64,000 bases of DNA from Alphaproteobacteria bacterium (GCA_963555825.3 CAUVXB020000001.1:1696001-1760000), one strand, 5' to 3'; shown: positions 41,822-52,399, counted from the first letter of the stretch. The notes: generated from the letters alone by a model not told the origin. Translations and numbers: made by a program.

Positions 41822-43317
41822 GCGCCGAGCCCCGACAGCAGGCTCATGTACGACTTGGCGGACGTCATCGCGACCCGGGCGCGCGGCAGATACGGATAGA
41901 CGTCGAGGTTGAGCCTGGGCGGCCGCCGCTCGATGCGGCACAGTACCAGGTGCTTCACCGCATCAAAGCCGATTGCGCCGAGCCGCAGGGCGTCGCCGAC
42001 CGCACCCTCGACCTCCTCGAGCCGGAAGGTCTCCAGTAGACGGAGCACCTGGACGTACTCGCGCTTGCCTGCCTTGCCCATACGAGCTTCGAGGAGCCGC
42101 CGCAGAGTGATGAAGGCCTCGGGCAGGTCCCAGCCCGCCAATGGCGCGGCCTGGTCGAGGGCGCCGATCTTCTGCTCGATCAAGGGCAGGTAATGCAGCG
42201 GGTCGAAGATCAGGTCCTCGCTGTCGTAGGACCGGCGGTGCCGGGCGATCACCTCGGCCCCGCAGCTGATCACCACCTCATCGACGTAGCCCCGGATGAG
42301 CACCTCACGGTGGCCGTAGGCCACGGGCACGGAATAGTCGTTGCTGCGGTAACGCACCAGCGACAGCGAACTCGCCCGTCCAGGGCGCTTATCGCAGGCA
42401 TCATAGGGAGCAGGCGGCAATGGCAAGAGAACTTGACGATCCCGCTCGAGACGCTCGCCGATGGTCTCCTTGTGGCCCCGCAGCCGCGCCGCCTGGCGCC
42501 GGCGGCACTGTTCGGCGAGAGCATCGTTGAGGGCCGCGAAGCTCTCGGCACGCGGGACGGGGACCAGGAAGTTCCGCCGGATGAAGCCGACCAGTCCCTC
42601 GACCTTGCCCTTGTCGTTGCCCTTGCCCGGCCGGCCGAACCTGTCCTCGAACAGATAGTGGGACTGAAGCTCCGTGAAGACGCGCGTTCGCTGCCGCTTC
42701 CCATCGCCCAGGATCCGGGCAACCGCCAGCTTGGTGTTGTCGTACAGGATGGATCGGGGGACGCCGCCGAAGAAGGCAAACGCCGCGTTGTGGCCATCGC
42801 AGAATGCTTCGGTCGTCTCCGCCGGATAGGCCGCAACAAAGCAACCATCACTGTGGGGAAGGTCGAAGGCAAGGAAGTGGATCTTCCGTAACGCGCCGCC
42901 GATCACCGCCATCGCTTCGCCGAAGTCCGCCTGGGCGTGACCGGGGGAATGGGAGAGTGGCACGAACACCTCACGCGACCGAAGCCCCTGCTCACGAACG
43001 TAGTCCTTCACGATGGTGTAGCCGCCCGTGAAACCGTACTCGTCCCGGAGGCGGTCGAAGATGCGCTTCGCAGTGTGCCGTTGCTTGCGGTGGCTGGTCC
43101 GATCGTCTTCCAAGATCCGATCGATGATTCCCGTGAACGGACCCAGCTTTGGCCGCCTCGGCGGCGCGCTTCGGCGATACCCTGGCGGCACCGAGAACGA
43201 CAGCATCTTACGGACCGTCTTGCGGTCTACACCAAACACCCGCGAGGCCTCGCGGGTGCTCATCCCCTCGACATGACACGCCCGCCGAACCCGTGCGTAC
43301 AACTCCACCCGATACAT
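41818..43317 (-). CDS. istA: IS21 transposase
   Basis: HTH, QADFG, LYDN, KGKVEGLVG, YSVP. Confidence 0.95.
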   Translation of the reverse strand: MYRVELYARVRRACHVEGMSTREASRVFGVDRKTVRKMLSFSVPPGYRRSAPPRRPKLGPFTGIIDRILEDDRTSHRKQRHTAKRIFDRLRDEYGFTGGYTIVKDYVREQGLRSREVFVPLSHSPGHAQADFGEAMAVIGGALRKIHFLAFDLPHSDGCFVAAYPAETTEAFCDGHNAAFAFFGGVPRSILYDNTKLAVARILGDGKRQRTRVFTELQSHYLFEDRFGRPGKGNDKGKVEGLVGFIRRNFLVPVPRAESFAALNDALAEQCRRRQAARLRGHKETIGERLERDRQVLLPLPPAPYDACDKRPGRASSLSLVRYRSNDYSVPVAYGHREVLIRGYVDEVVISCGAEVIARHRRSYDSEDLIFDPLHYLPLIEQKIGALDQAAPLAGWDLPEAFITLRRLLEARMGKAGKREYVQVLRLLETFRLEEVEGAVGDALRLGAIGFDAVKHLVLCRIERRPPRLNLDVYPYLPRARVAMTSAKSYMSLLSGLGA

Positions 43318-43437
43318 CCCCCCCGCCTTCCAGTCAGAGCAACCCTGACAGAAGGCTATACGCGGTCCCATTTTGGTCCGCCGCAGCCGGATCGACCGGC
43401 CGCTTCAGTGGGGGATTATTGCTCTGCCGTTCTCACA

Positions 43438-43643
43438 GGTCGGTGATCAGCTTCCAGTCGATACGCGGGCGTCCGATCGGCTCCTCCGGCTCTCGGGCAT
43501 GCAGCACCGTGAGTACGAGCACCGGGTAGCGCTTCTGCTTGGCGATCGGCGGCCGGATGGTCATGCGGCGGTAGGAGAGTTCAACCTGGGTGGAACCGAG
43601 CTTGCCCTTGTCGTCACGGACAGCGACCCGGTGCAGCCCGCGG
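43438..43643 (-). pseudogene. IS4-family (IS50-like) transposase internal fragment
   Basis: Hand translation ...MTIRPPIAKQKRYPVLVLTVLHAREPEEPIGRPRIDWKLITD. Confidence 0.7.
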
Positions 43644-43691
43644 TGGCCGGATTAAATCGGAATCAGTGGCCGCTTTGCCTCGGAATGCGCA
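43644..43691. mobile_element. Isolated IS21-type terminal repeat
   Basis: Reverse complement TGCGCATTCCGAGGCAAAGCGGCCACTGATTCCGATTTAATCCGGCCA, with internally repeated ATTCCGA...CGGCCA units. Confidence 0.6.
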
Positions 43692-43927
43692 CCCGACAAG
43701 GAATCACGTTCTACTCCAATAATGCAACAAATTGGGGCAACACCCTGATAAACCCCAAGATGTGGGTAATTGAAAGGTCGTCGGAACGCTTACCCCCATC
43801 CCCCATACCCCCATACCGGTCCAACCGAACATTTACCTTTCACCCTGCGCAGTGCTGCGCACAACTTGGAAACAAAACGGTGCCTATACGGTACCTGGGC
43901 AAAACAGGGTTCTTTGCCACAAAAGAA

Positions 43928-43960
43928 AATCCCCGCCATCCTATTGGAATAGCGGGGATT
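43928..43960 (-). terminator. Rho-independent terminator after the tRNA 3' end
   Basis: AATCCCCGC...GCGGGGATT hairpin followed by a T-rich tract on the minus strand. Confidence 0.65.
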
Positions 43961-43963
43961 ATT

Positions 43964-44008
43964 TGGTTGCGGGGGTTGGATTTGAACCAACGACCTTCAG
44001 GTTATGAG
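43964..44008 (-). other. att site: 3' half of tRNA-fMet (anticodon loop to CCA); not a complete tRNA
   Basis: CTCATAACCTGAAGGTCGTTGGTTCAAATCCAACCCCCGCAACCA; 5' half absent; integrase adjacent. Confidence 0.9.
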
Positions 44009-44197
44009 TTTCGTTACATATGGCAGACAGGGGTGCGCACACGTGCGCAGGAGTATGACAAATCGCAGTATTACACGGGATTCGGAGATTCTCTCTACGA
44101 CAGACGTACACAGGGATGCGCTCTGGTTTACCTGAAAGTGTTTGCCAATAGTTAGCCATGGTGATACATGCTCCCTCTCCCGTCAAGGAGCAATGCC

Positions 44198-45385
44198 GTG
44201 GCAAACCGCATTCCCCGTATCACCAAGCGCTCCGTCGATCCCATCAAGGTCGGTGGGACGGATACCGTCTATTGGGATGGAGAACTCACAGGCTTCGGCC
44301 TGCGTGTTCGGCGCTCGGGACGCAAGAGCTACGTCGTCCAGACCCGCATCACCGGGAAACTGTGCTGGTTCACCATCGGCCCTCACGGACCGCTGAACCC
44401 GGATCAGGCGCGTGCCCGCGCGTTGGAGATATTGGCTTGCGCGAAGAAAGGCATCGACCCGCGCGACGCAGCGGCGCAACGCGAGGCAGAGCCGAGCATG
44501 GCTGATCTCGGGCGTAGGTTCCTGGAGGAATATGTCCCAGTCCATTGCAAGCCGAGCACCCGGGAAGAGTACCGCCGTTCGGTGAGGCTGTTTGTCGACC
44601 CCGTGATCGGGGAGTTGCGGGTTCCAGAGGTGCAGCGCAAGGACATCGCCACCCTGCATCACGGCCTGCGGGACAAGCCCTATCAGGCCAACCGGACGCT
44701 CGGGGTGCTATCCAAGATGTTTTCGCTCGCCGAAGTCTGGGGCTGGCGCCCCGACGGCACCAATCCCTGCCGGCATGTCAAGCGCTACAAGGAGCACAAG
44801 CGGGAACGGTTCCTGTCGCCGGGAGAGACCGAGCGGCTGGGCCAGGTCCTGCGCGAGGCCGAAGAAGAGATGCCCTCGGCAGTAGCCGCCTTCCGCCTGC
44901 TTCTGCTGACGGGCTGCCGGATGTCGGAGATCCGGGATCTCCGCTGGCACTATGTGAAGGACGACTGTATCGAGCTTCCCGATGCCAAGACCGGCGGGCG
45001 GGTGGTGCCACTCGGTCCCGAGGCCCGCGCGGTGTTGTCAGCCATTTCCCGTGACGAGGACAATCCCTGGGTCATCGCGGGCCGCCTCCCCGGCTCTCAC
45101 CTCACCGACCTGCAACGCCCCTGGCGGCGCATCCGCAAGCAGGCGGGCCTTGAGGACGTGCGGATCCACGATTTGCGCCACTCCTTTGCCTCGCGCGCGC
45201 TGGCTCTCGGCGAGAGCCTGACCATGATCGGGAAATTGCTCGGGCATACCCAGGTGCAAACAACAGCCCGGTATGCCCATCTCGCCCGGGACTCCATCCA
45301 AACCGCAGCAGCCCGCATCACCGGAAGCATCGGCGGGAATCTCTTGGGCGGTGACGAAATGAAGCGTGCTCTCACCCGGGGATGA
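44198..45385 (+). CDS. Tyrosine integrase with arm-binding (DUF4102) domain
   Basis: YWDGELTGFGLRV; TGCR, K, HDLRH, LLGH and RY catalytic residues. Confidence 0.95.
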   Translation: MANRIPRITKRSVDPIKVGGTDTVYWDGELTGFGLRVRRSGRKSYVVQTRITGKLCWFTIGPHGPLNPDQARARALEILACAKKGIDPRDAAAQREAEPSMADLGRRFLEEYVPVHCKPSTREEYRRSVRLFVDPVIGELRVPEVQRKDIATLHHGLRDKPYQANRTLGVLSKMFSLAEVWGWRPDGTNPCRHVKRYKEHKRERFLSPGETERLGQVLREAEEEMPSAVAAFRLLLLTGCRMSEIRDLRWHYVKDDCIELPDAKTGGRVVPLGPEARAVLSAISRDEDNPWVIAGRLPGSHLTDLQRPWRRIRKQAGLEDVRIHDLRHSFASRALALGESLTMIGKLLGHTQVQTTARYAHLARDSIQTAAARITGSIGGNLLGGDEMKRALTRG

Positions 45386-45404
45386 GGACTCGGTGTTTGC
45401 TCCT

Positions 45405-45710
45405 TTACTTGCCGAGCGCCCGCACGACAGCTTCCGGATCACTGTCGATGACAGTCAGTAAGACACGGGCGGCACGATCCGGAACGCGGCGGCCTTGTTC
45501 CCAATCCTGCAAGGCGCGCGCATCGAGACCAAAACGATCCGCGAACTTCTGACGGCTCAGCCCCAAGCGTTTGCGAAGCGCGAGGACCCGCTCGGCGGCA
45601 GGGTCGTCGACGAACCGGCACGGCAGATCAACCTCGCCGCGCACATGGGCAAGAACCTCGCTCAGTGCCGCCTCGACCTCGCGACCGACCTGAGTTCGTT
45701 CCATATTCAT
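45405..45710 (-). CDS. HigA-like HTH antitoxin
   Basis: LRKRLGLSRQKFA...LQDWEQGRRVP; overlaps the toxin stop. Confidence 0.85.
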   Translation of the reverse strand: MNMERTQVGREVEAALSEVLAHVRGEVDLPCRFVDDPAAERVLALRKRLGLSRQKFADRFGLDARALQDWEQGRRVPDRAARVLLTVIDSDPEAVVRALGK

Positions 45711-46039
45711 TTGTCCGTCCCCCTTTTCTTGATTGCGGTCACCAGCCGTGACAGCACTTTCTTGTCCGCCGAGGTCAGATCGTCGCGATCTGCCTTAGCG
45801 TAAGCCGTCAGCAAATAGATGGCCTCCGGGCCGGAATGGTAGAAGTAGATTGTCCGTATGCCGCCCCGCTTGCCCCGGCCGGAACCCGCCCATCGCAATT
45901 TGCGAATGCCTCCCGTTCCCCGAATGACCGGCGCTTCGTCAGGGTCGGCGACGATCGCCGCCTCCATTTCCTTCCGGGCTTCCTCCGAGATCAACTTGCG
46001 AATGGCCCGTTCATAAGTGCGGGTAACGAAGAGCTGCAT
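45707..46039 (-). CDS. RelE/HigB-family toxin
   Basis: GTGGIRKLRW...GKRGGIRTIY...LLTAYAK. Confidence 0.9.
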   Translation of the reverse strand: MQLFVTRTYERAIRKLISEEARKEMEAAIVADPDEAPVIRGTGGIRKLRWAGSGRGKRGGIRTIYFYHSGPEAIYLLTAYAKADRDDLTSADKKVLSRLVTAIKKRGTDK

Positions 46040-46536
46040 CAACGCCCAATATGCGGCAATGCCGCATATAATTCAAGCGCCCATTTCGTCGATGGGGTTT
46101 ACCGGACGTCGGCATAGGCCCGGAGGCACATGAACATCGCTCAGGCCGCATAAATGAAGAACGCCTGTCTGGGTTTTGGCCGCAACGTCACTTAAAGGGG
46201 GAGTTCCTCGGCGAGGATCTGAACGGAACGCTCGGCACTGCCACTGATGTAGGGCGGGTACTTCTCGTTGACGATGAGCACCTTCACCGAGCATCCCCGT
46301 TCCGGGAGATCAGGCGTCCGCGCTTCCGGAGTCCACTTCCTGCCGGCGAATGTCGACGGGACGCAGTTCGTAATGGTGATCGGCCCGCTCTTCGCCCGAG
46401 CCGCGGCCGTAGTATTGCCAAGCCGGAAAGTTGAAGTCCGCCGTCAATGATCGGGGCAGCATGAAGGCGGCACGGAGGAAGGCTTCGAGATCAGGCACGT
46501 CATACAGATTGATGTTGAATCCCCAACGCTCCACGC

Positions 46537-47342
46537 GGCGTTGTAACGTTAACCGCCATTTGGCCAGCTTGTGGGCGCCGACGCCGGAGATTATGCAACG
46601 GTCGTCACTTGCCGCCACTGTCTCATCGCGTCGCCGCGGAATTGGCGGAGTGTTCGGCGGGAGACCAGATGGCGTTGGACGTTGAAGAGGTTGTAGACGG
46701 TCGCATGGACGGCGAGGAACCGCTGCGCGGACGCGGGCGATTTGAACCGCTGCATCTTTCGCTCTCGTCGTCGCACCGGCTGATGTGAATTTTCTGCCCG
46801 ATTGTTCTTTCGCAGGCCTTGCTCATGCTGAGCCGAGAGGGCAAGCAAACGGATCGCGGCGCCGTAGGAGCGGAGTTTATCGGTTACAATCGTCGCCGGC
46901 GCGAAGCCCTGCTTCTTCAAGAGTTTCCGCATCAGCCGAATTGCCGCCCGAGCGTTCCTGCGGGATTGAACCAGGAAATCCAGGACTTCGCCCTCACTGT
47001 CCACGGCACGCCAGAGATAGAACTGCCTCCCTCGAATTACGACGACCATCTCGTCCAGGTGCCAGCGTTCGGTCGGTCGTGGCCGCCGACGTTGAATCCG
47101 CCGCGCATAGGCCCGACCGAATTTCAAGACCCATCTTCGAACTGTCTCATACGAGATGTCGAGACCACGCTCGGCAAGCAGGTCCTCAACGTCCCGATAG
47201 CTCAGCGTGAAACGGCAATAGAGCCAGACGGCATGCTGGATGATGACCGGTGGAAAGCGGTGACGACGGTAGGATATCTTGCACATCCAGAGACGCTAAA
47301 GCACCGGCCGTGCCGAAGCCACGCTGTTAACGTGACAATGCC
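46537..47342 (-). mobile_element. IS6-family element copy 1 (transposase 46591-47286)
   Basis: 806 bp; IRs GGCATTGTCACGTTAAC and GGCGTTGTAACGTTAAC; WHLDEM, TDKLRSY, NNRAENSH. Confidence 0.95.
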
Positions 47343-48021
47343 GCCCGTCCTCCTCGGCCTGGCTGAACTGGTTGTTGGAGGCCAGGTTGGCGAGGTCGAA
47401 CAGCGGCGTGTTCAACCCGGCATAGTCCCAGTCGATGAGCCACAGACGCTCGCCGTCGTCCATGAAATTGGCGGGCAGCAGGTCGTTGTGGCCGAAGACC
47501 ATGCGCACCGCCCCGAGCGCCGCTTCGAGCTCGGCGTTGATCGCGAGGTAGCGCGGCACCTCGCCCAGCATGCGACTATTCCCTTCACGCAGGCTGACGG
47601 CGTAGCCGCGCACCACCTGGAACACCCAAAACGCCAGCAGCGGACCCTGGTAGTGCTTGGGAATCTCGTCGTGGACGCGGCGGATCAGCGGCACGATGCG
47701 GCCCTCGCCCAGGGCCGCGCGCACCTCGGCGTCGCCATACGTCGCGCCGTCGATGAAGCGCAGCACCAGGGCGCCGGGCTCGGCATGCACCACCTCGGGC
47801 GAGACGCCGGCGGCAAAGGCCGCGCGGCTCGCCGCCAGCTCGTTGAAGCGCATGATGCCGTGGACCGGGATGTCGTCCGCGACGCGCACCACGAAGCGCT
47901 CGCCCCGGTCGGCGACCACGAAGTTGAGGTTGGTGATGCCGCCGGTCAGCGGCTCGGGCTCGACCGGGCCCGACCAGAAACTCAAACCGGCGGCCTTGGC
48001 GGTGGCGGCTTCGGCGCTCAT
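47343..48021 (-). pseudogene. Choline/ethanolamine kinase family phosphotransferase, 3'-truncated by IS6
   Basis: GGITNLNF, HNDLLPANF, IDWDYAG. Confidence 0.85.
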
Positions 48022-48030
48022 GAAGCTCTC

Positions 48031-50040
48031 CTACTCAAGGCCCAGCTCGCGTTTCTTGCGGCGGCTCCAGGCCGAGATCAGCCGGTCGGAGATCATCGCG
48101 ATGAAGGCGACGCAGGCGCCGGCCACCAGGCCGCGCCCGGTATCCGCCTTGGTCAGCGCGATATAGACCTCCTGGCCCAGGTCGCGGGTGCCGACCAGCG
48201 CCGTGATGACCAGCATGGAGAGGCCGAACATGATGGTCTGGTTGACGCCCAGCATGATCTCGGGCAGCGCGAGGCGCAGCTCGACCTTCCACAGCCGCTG
48301 CCAGCGGTTGCAGCCGGCCGCGGTCGCCGCCTCGATGATCGACGGCGGCACCTGGCGGATGCCGTGGTCGGTGTAGCGGATCGCCGGCACCAGCGAATAC
48401 ATCACGACCGCGATCATCGCCGAGAAGTCGCCAACCCGGAACAGCATGACGACCGGGATCAGGTAGACGAAGGCGGGCAGCGTCTGCAGCGTGTCGATGG
48501 CCACCTGGACGACGCGGTGAACGCGTTCGTTGCTCGCCGCCCAAATCCCGATCGGCATGCCGATCAGCGAGGCGAAGGCGACCGAGATGCCGACCAGATA
48601 GGTCGAGATCATTGCCTTTTCCCAGTTGCCGGTGACGACGATGAAGGTCGCCAAGCCGGCGACCAGCGCGGCCAGCCGCGCACCGCCGAGCTGCCAGCCG
48701 GCGAGCGCGAGCATGCAGATCACCGCCGGCCACGGTATCGCCAGCAGGAAGCGCTTGAACGGGATCAGGACGTTGAGCAGCAGGAACGTCTTCACCGCCT
48801 CGAGCTGGTCGAAGAAGTTGATGTTGATCCATTTGACCAGCGCGTCCCAGAACGGCCCGGTGGTCAACGACCAGGCCTCGGGGAACGACTGGATCGGCGG
48901 CACGACGATGCCGAGCGCCGTGGTGACGGCGATGATCGCGGCCGCCGCGGCGAGGTGCGGGTGGCGCTTGAGGAAGCCCGCCGCCGGGTCGCGGCGCTCG
49001 GGCGGCGGCTTGGCGGCGAACGCCTGGCTGAGCCGGTCGAGCGCGATGGCCAGCAGCGTGATCGCGATGCCCGCCTCGAGGCCGTCGCCGATCGCCAACC
49101 GGCGGAGCGAGGTCAGTACGTCGTGGCCCAACCCGCCAGCGCCGATCATCGAGGCGATGATCACCATGTTGAGCGACAGCATGATGACCTGGTTGACGCC
49201 GACCATCAGGGTCGGGCGCGCCGAGGGGATCATCACCTTCCACAACAGCTGGCGCCGCGAACAGCCCGCCATGTGGCCGAACTCGACGATCTCGGCGGCG
49301 ACCAGCTTGAGCGCCAGCATGGTACAGCGCACCATCGGCGGCATCGCGTAGATGATCGTCGCGGTCATCGCCGCGACCGGGCCGAAGCCGAACAGGAACA
49401 GCACCGGCACCAGATAGGCGAATACCGGCACGGTCTGCATGAGGTCGAGCACAGGCGTGATGATCGCCTCGGTGCGCGCGCTGCGCGCGCCCCAGATGCC
49501 GACCAGCAGGCCGCCCAATACGCCGAGCGGCACGGCGACGACGATCGACGACAGCGTCACCATCGCGCTGTCCCACTGGCCGAACACGGCGAGATAGAGG
49601 AAGCACAGTCCGACCAGCAGCGCGAGCCACTTGTCGCGCGCGTGGGCGCCAAGCATCGCGACGACCGCGACGACGGCGATCCACGACAGCCGCGGCAGGC
49701 GGTAGACGACGTCCTCGTCGGCGCCGAAGACGAGCTTGAATCCCGAGGCGAGCAGGCCATCGGCCGCCTCGAGCGGCCAGGTCAAAAGCCATGCGATCGA
49801 ACGCGTCAGCTCCTTGAAGGTGAACAGGCCGAGATCGGCGCTGTTGATAAGCCATTTCATGAAACCGCTGATCCAAACGCGCAGCGGCACGACCCAGTCG
49901 CGCGGGTACTTCGCCGCCCAGGGCAGGTACTCGACCGCGGCGTAGAGCGCGACGGTGAGCAGCAGCGCGATCGCCCAGGCGATCGCCCAGCGGCTGGGCC
50001 GCGCGAATGGCGCGCGGGCGGTCTGGCTCGCCAGGCTCAC
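48031..50040 (-). CDS. Glycine betaine/choline-type ABC permease, duplicated ProW domains
   Basis: Two QT.P.F.YL.P and GVNQ.IM..LSM modules. Confidence 0.9.
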   Translation of the reverse strand: MSLASQTARAPFARPSRWAIAWAIALLLTVALYAAVEYLPWAAKYPRDWVVPLRVWISGFMKWLINSADLGLFTFKELTRSIAWLLTWPLEAADGLLASGFKLVFGADEDVVYRLPRLSWIAVVAVVAMLGAHARDKWLALLVGLCFLYLAVFGQWDSAMVTLSSIVVAVPLGVLGGLLVGIWGARSARTEAIITPVLDLMQTVPVFAYLVPVLFLFGFGPVAAMTATIIYAMPPMVRCTMLALKLVAAEIVEFGHMAGCSRRQLLWKVMIPSARPTLMVGVNQVIMLSLNMVIIASMIGAGGLGHDVLTSLRRLAIGDGLEAGIAITLLAIALDRLSQAFAAKPPPERRDPAAGFLKRHPHLAAAAAIIAVTTALGIVVPPIQSFPEAWSLTTGPFWDALVKWININFFDQLEAVKTFLLLNVLIPFKRFLLAIPWPAVICMLALAGWQLGGARLAALVAGLATFIVVTGNWEKAMISTYLVGISVAFASLIGMPIGIWAASNERVHRVVQVAIDTLQTLPAFVYLIPVVMLFRVGDFSAMIAVVMYSLVPAIRYTDHGIRQVPPSIIEAATAAGCNRWQRLWKVELRLALPEIMLGVNQTIMFGLSMLVITALVGTRDLGQEVYIALTKADTGRGLVAGACVAFIAMISDRLISAWSRRKKRELGLE

Positions 50041-51131
50041 TTGCCGTCCTCGGCGCCGTCGTCGGCGGTCCTGCGCACCAGCACGTCGAGCACCGCCTCG
50101 CGGGTCAGCTGGCCGATCACCTTGCCGTCGCCGTCGGTCACCGCTACGGGGCGGTCCTGGTCGACGACGCGCGCGGCGAGGTCCTCGATCTTGGTCGCCG
50201 CCGCGACGCTGCCGGCGAAGTCGGCGCCGGGCGCGGCGGGCGCCATCACCGAGCGCGCCGACAGCACCTTGGCGCGCGGGATCTCACGAGTGAACTCGGC
50301 GACGTAGTCGGTCGCCGGATCGGTCACCAGGTCCTCGGGTGTGCCGATCTGGATGATCGCGCCATCCTTCATGATGGCGATGCGGTCGGCGAGGCGAATC
50401 GCCTCGTCGAAATCATGGGTGATGAACACGATGGTCTTGTGCAGGACGCCCTGGAGGCGCAGGAACTCGTCCTGCATCTCGCGCCGGATCAGCGGATCGA
50501 GCGCCGAGAACGGCTCGTCCAAGAGCCATATCTCGGGCTCGACGGCGAGCGAACGCGCGATGCCGACACGCTGCTGCTGGCCGCCCGAGAGCTCGCGCGG
50601 GTAATAGGCCTCGCGGCCGGCCAGACCGACCAGCTCGATGACCTCGCGGGCGCGCGCCTCGCGCGTCGCGCGGTCGACCCCCTGGACCTCGAGCGGAAAG
50701 GCGACGTTGCCGAGCACGCTGAGGTGCGGCAGCAGGGCGAAGTGCTGGAACACCATGCCCATCTTGTGGCGGCGGATTTCGATCAGCGCCTTGGCGGACG
50801 CCTTAAGGAGGTCCTCGCCCTCGAAGACGACCGCGCCGGCGGTCGGCTCGATGAGCCGGGACATGCAGCGCACCAGCGTCGACTTGCCCGAGCCCGACAG
50901 CCCCATGATGACGAAGATCTCGCCGTCGCCGACGGCGAAGCTCGCGTCACGCACCGCGCCGATCAGGCCGGCCTCGTCGAGCGCCGCGTCGCTCGGCGCG
51001 TGATCGTGCGCCGCGAGGAAACGCTCGGCGCCCGTGCCGAACAGCTTCCAGACGCCGCGGCAGGTGATCTTGGCGTCGGGCGGCGATGCGCCGTTCTGCC
51101 CCGCCGCCGGTGTCGGCCCGGTTGCCGCCAT
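50037..51131 (-). CDS. Quaternary amine ABC transporter ATPase (ProV-like)
   Basis: MGLSGSGKST, LSGGQQQR, DEPFSALDPLIRREMQ. Confidence 0.92.
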   Translation of the reverse strand: MAATGPTPAAGQNGASPPDAKITCRGVWKLFGTGAERFLAAHDHAPSDAALDEAGLIGAVRDASFAVGDGEIFVIMGLSGSGKSTLVRCMSRLIEPTAGAVVFEGEDLLKASAKALIEIRRHKMGMVFQHFALLPHLSVLGNVAFPLEVQGVDRATREARAREVIELVGLAGREAYYPRELSGGQQQRVGIARSLAVEPEIWLLDEPFSALDPLIRREMQDEFLRLQGVLHKTIVFITHDFDEAIRLADRIAIMKDGAIIQIGTPEDLVTDPATDYVAEFTREIPRAKVLSARSVMAPAAPGADFAGSVAAATKIEDLAARVVDQDRPVAVTDGDGKVIGQLTREAVLDVLVRRTADDGAEDGK

Positions 51132-51211
51132 TTCTCTCACTCTCGCCTAAAGCGAAGCGCGCCGCAGGACCATTGCGGGTCCGGCGGCGCAGGATCGGAA
51201 GACGCGCCCGC

Positions 51212-52177
51212 CTAGCCGGCGCAGGCGCCCCACTTCCGCCAGGTTCCCTCGTTGGTCTTGATCCAGCCCTCGACGGCGTCGTCGACCGACTTGCCGTCGA
51301 GATCGACCTCGACGATCAAGGCGCCCATCGTGTCGTTGTCGATGTGGAAGTTGCGCACCGCCTGATAGGCGCAGGCCCACTTCGCCTCGCCCGCCTTCCA
51401 GCCGACCTTCTTGATCCAGCCGAACGGCTTGCCGCAGTCGTACTGCATGTCGCCGTTGGAACCCCAACTCGGGTCGTCGTAGCAGGCGTCGGTGTATTCG
51501 GGGAACTCGACCCACTCGCCCTTGAACTTGAACGGCGCCCAATGCGGCGCGTAGACCCAGCCGAGGAACGGCGCCTCGCGCTCATAGGCCGACTGCAGTT
51601 CGGCGAACAACGCAGCGTCGGTGCCGGCGTGGACGACCTCGAAGTCGAGGCCGAGCGCCTCGGCGCGCTCGTCGTCGAAGCCGGCCCAGGTCACCGGACC
51701 GCCGAGATAGCGGCCCTTGGGGTGTGTCTCGGGCGTCGAGAACGCCTCGGCGCAGTCGTTGAGCGCCTTCCAGTCGGGCAGACCGGGGCATTTCTCTTTC
51801 ATGTAGATCGGGTACCACCACTCTTCCTTGGCATCCATGCCGGTCTCGCCGAGATCGACGGTGTTGCCGGTGGCGAGGCTTTCGTCCATGGCCTGCTTGC
51901 CGGTCGTCTCCCACATCTCCATGGCGATGTGCAGATCGCCCGACTCGAGGCCGGCGAACTGAGCGATATAGTCGGCCTGCTGGTACTTGATGTTGTAGCC
52001 GAGCTCCTCGAGCACGCGGCCCATGATATGGGTCGTGATGTACTGGCCGGTCCAGTCGTGGATTGTGAGGATGATCGGATCTTTCGATTCCGGGACGCCG
52101 GCGAGCGCCGGCGTCGAGAACGCGACGGTCAGCGCCATGGCCCCCGCCGCGGTTGCGGTCGCGAATTCCTTGAGCAT
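51212..52177 (-). CDS. Betaine/choline/TMAO-type substrate-binding protein (ProX/TmoX-related)
   Basis: Signal peptide; HDWTGQ, MEMWE, WWYP...CPGLPDWKAL. Confidence 0.85.
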   Translation of the reverse strand: MLKEFATATAAGAMALTVAFSTPALAGVPESKDPIILTIHDWTGQYITTHIMGRVLEELGYNIKYQQADYIAQFAGLESGDLHIAMEMWETTGKQAMDESLATGNTVDLGETGMDAKEEWWYPIYMKEKCPGLPDWKALNDCAEAFSTPETHPKGRYLGGPVTWAGFDDERAEALGLDFEVVHAGTDAALFAELQSAYEREAPFLGWVYAPHWAPFKFKGEWVEFPEYTDACYDDPSWGSNGDMQYDCGKPFGWIKKVGWKAGEAKWACAYQAVRNFHIDNDTMGALIVEVDLDGKSVDDAVEGWIKTNEGTWRKWGACAG

Positions 52178-52313
52178 GAAGGGTCCTCCCAATGACCTGC
52201 TGATGCCGGAACCGAAAGGTTCACGGCCGTTTGGACGGGCCAATTTTTCGGCCCATGCCGATGCCGGTCATCAAAACCAGTTTGACCCGAAGATTCAAGC
52301 AAATTGTCATGTG

Positions 52314-52373
52314 TCCACAGAATTCCACGTAAATTTTGTGGATTATTGCTATAATTCCACGTAAATTTCCACG
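52314..52373. promoter_or_regulatory. Repeated operator in divergent promoter
   Basis: AATTCCACGTAAATTT at 52321-52336 and 52353-52368, plus extra TCCAC/GTGGA half-sites. Confidence 0.7.
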
Positions 52374-52399
52374 ATCGTCATCGTTCGGGGCCCGTCATC

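Larger units (their letters stand above)
40866..43437 (-). mobile_element. IS21 copy 2, complete
   Basis: TGT...ACA ends (TGTCAATGGCGGAGC and GCTCTGCCGTTCTCACA); istA plus istB; no TSD. Confidence 0.95.

Noticed and set aside
32699-43437. Composite transposon formed by the two IS21 copies
   Set aside because: Copy 1 is truncated and the outer flanks show no target duplication, so movement as a unit is unsupported.
43791-43817. CCCCCAT x3 short repeat, resembling P4-type integrase arm sites
   Set aside because: No associated core att or integrase could be tied to it; too short to support.
43964-44008. Functional tRNA-Met gene
   Set aside because: The 5' acceptor strand and D arm are absent; this is an att remnant.
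46819-50307. 1162-aa plus-strand ORF
   Set aside because: Antisense shadow of IS6, kinase and permease genes in high-GC DNA; it crosses an IS boundary.
51212-52177. Calling the binding protein TmoX
   Set aside because: It shares the CPGLPDW motif but has HDWTGQ where I recall TmoX having HNWSSQ; the ligand cannot be assigned.
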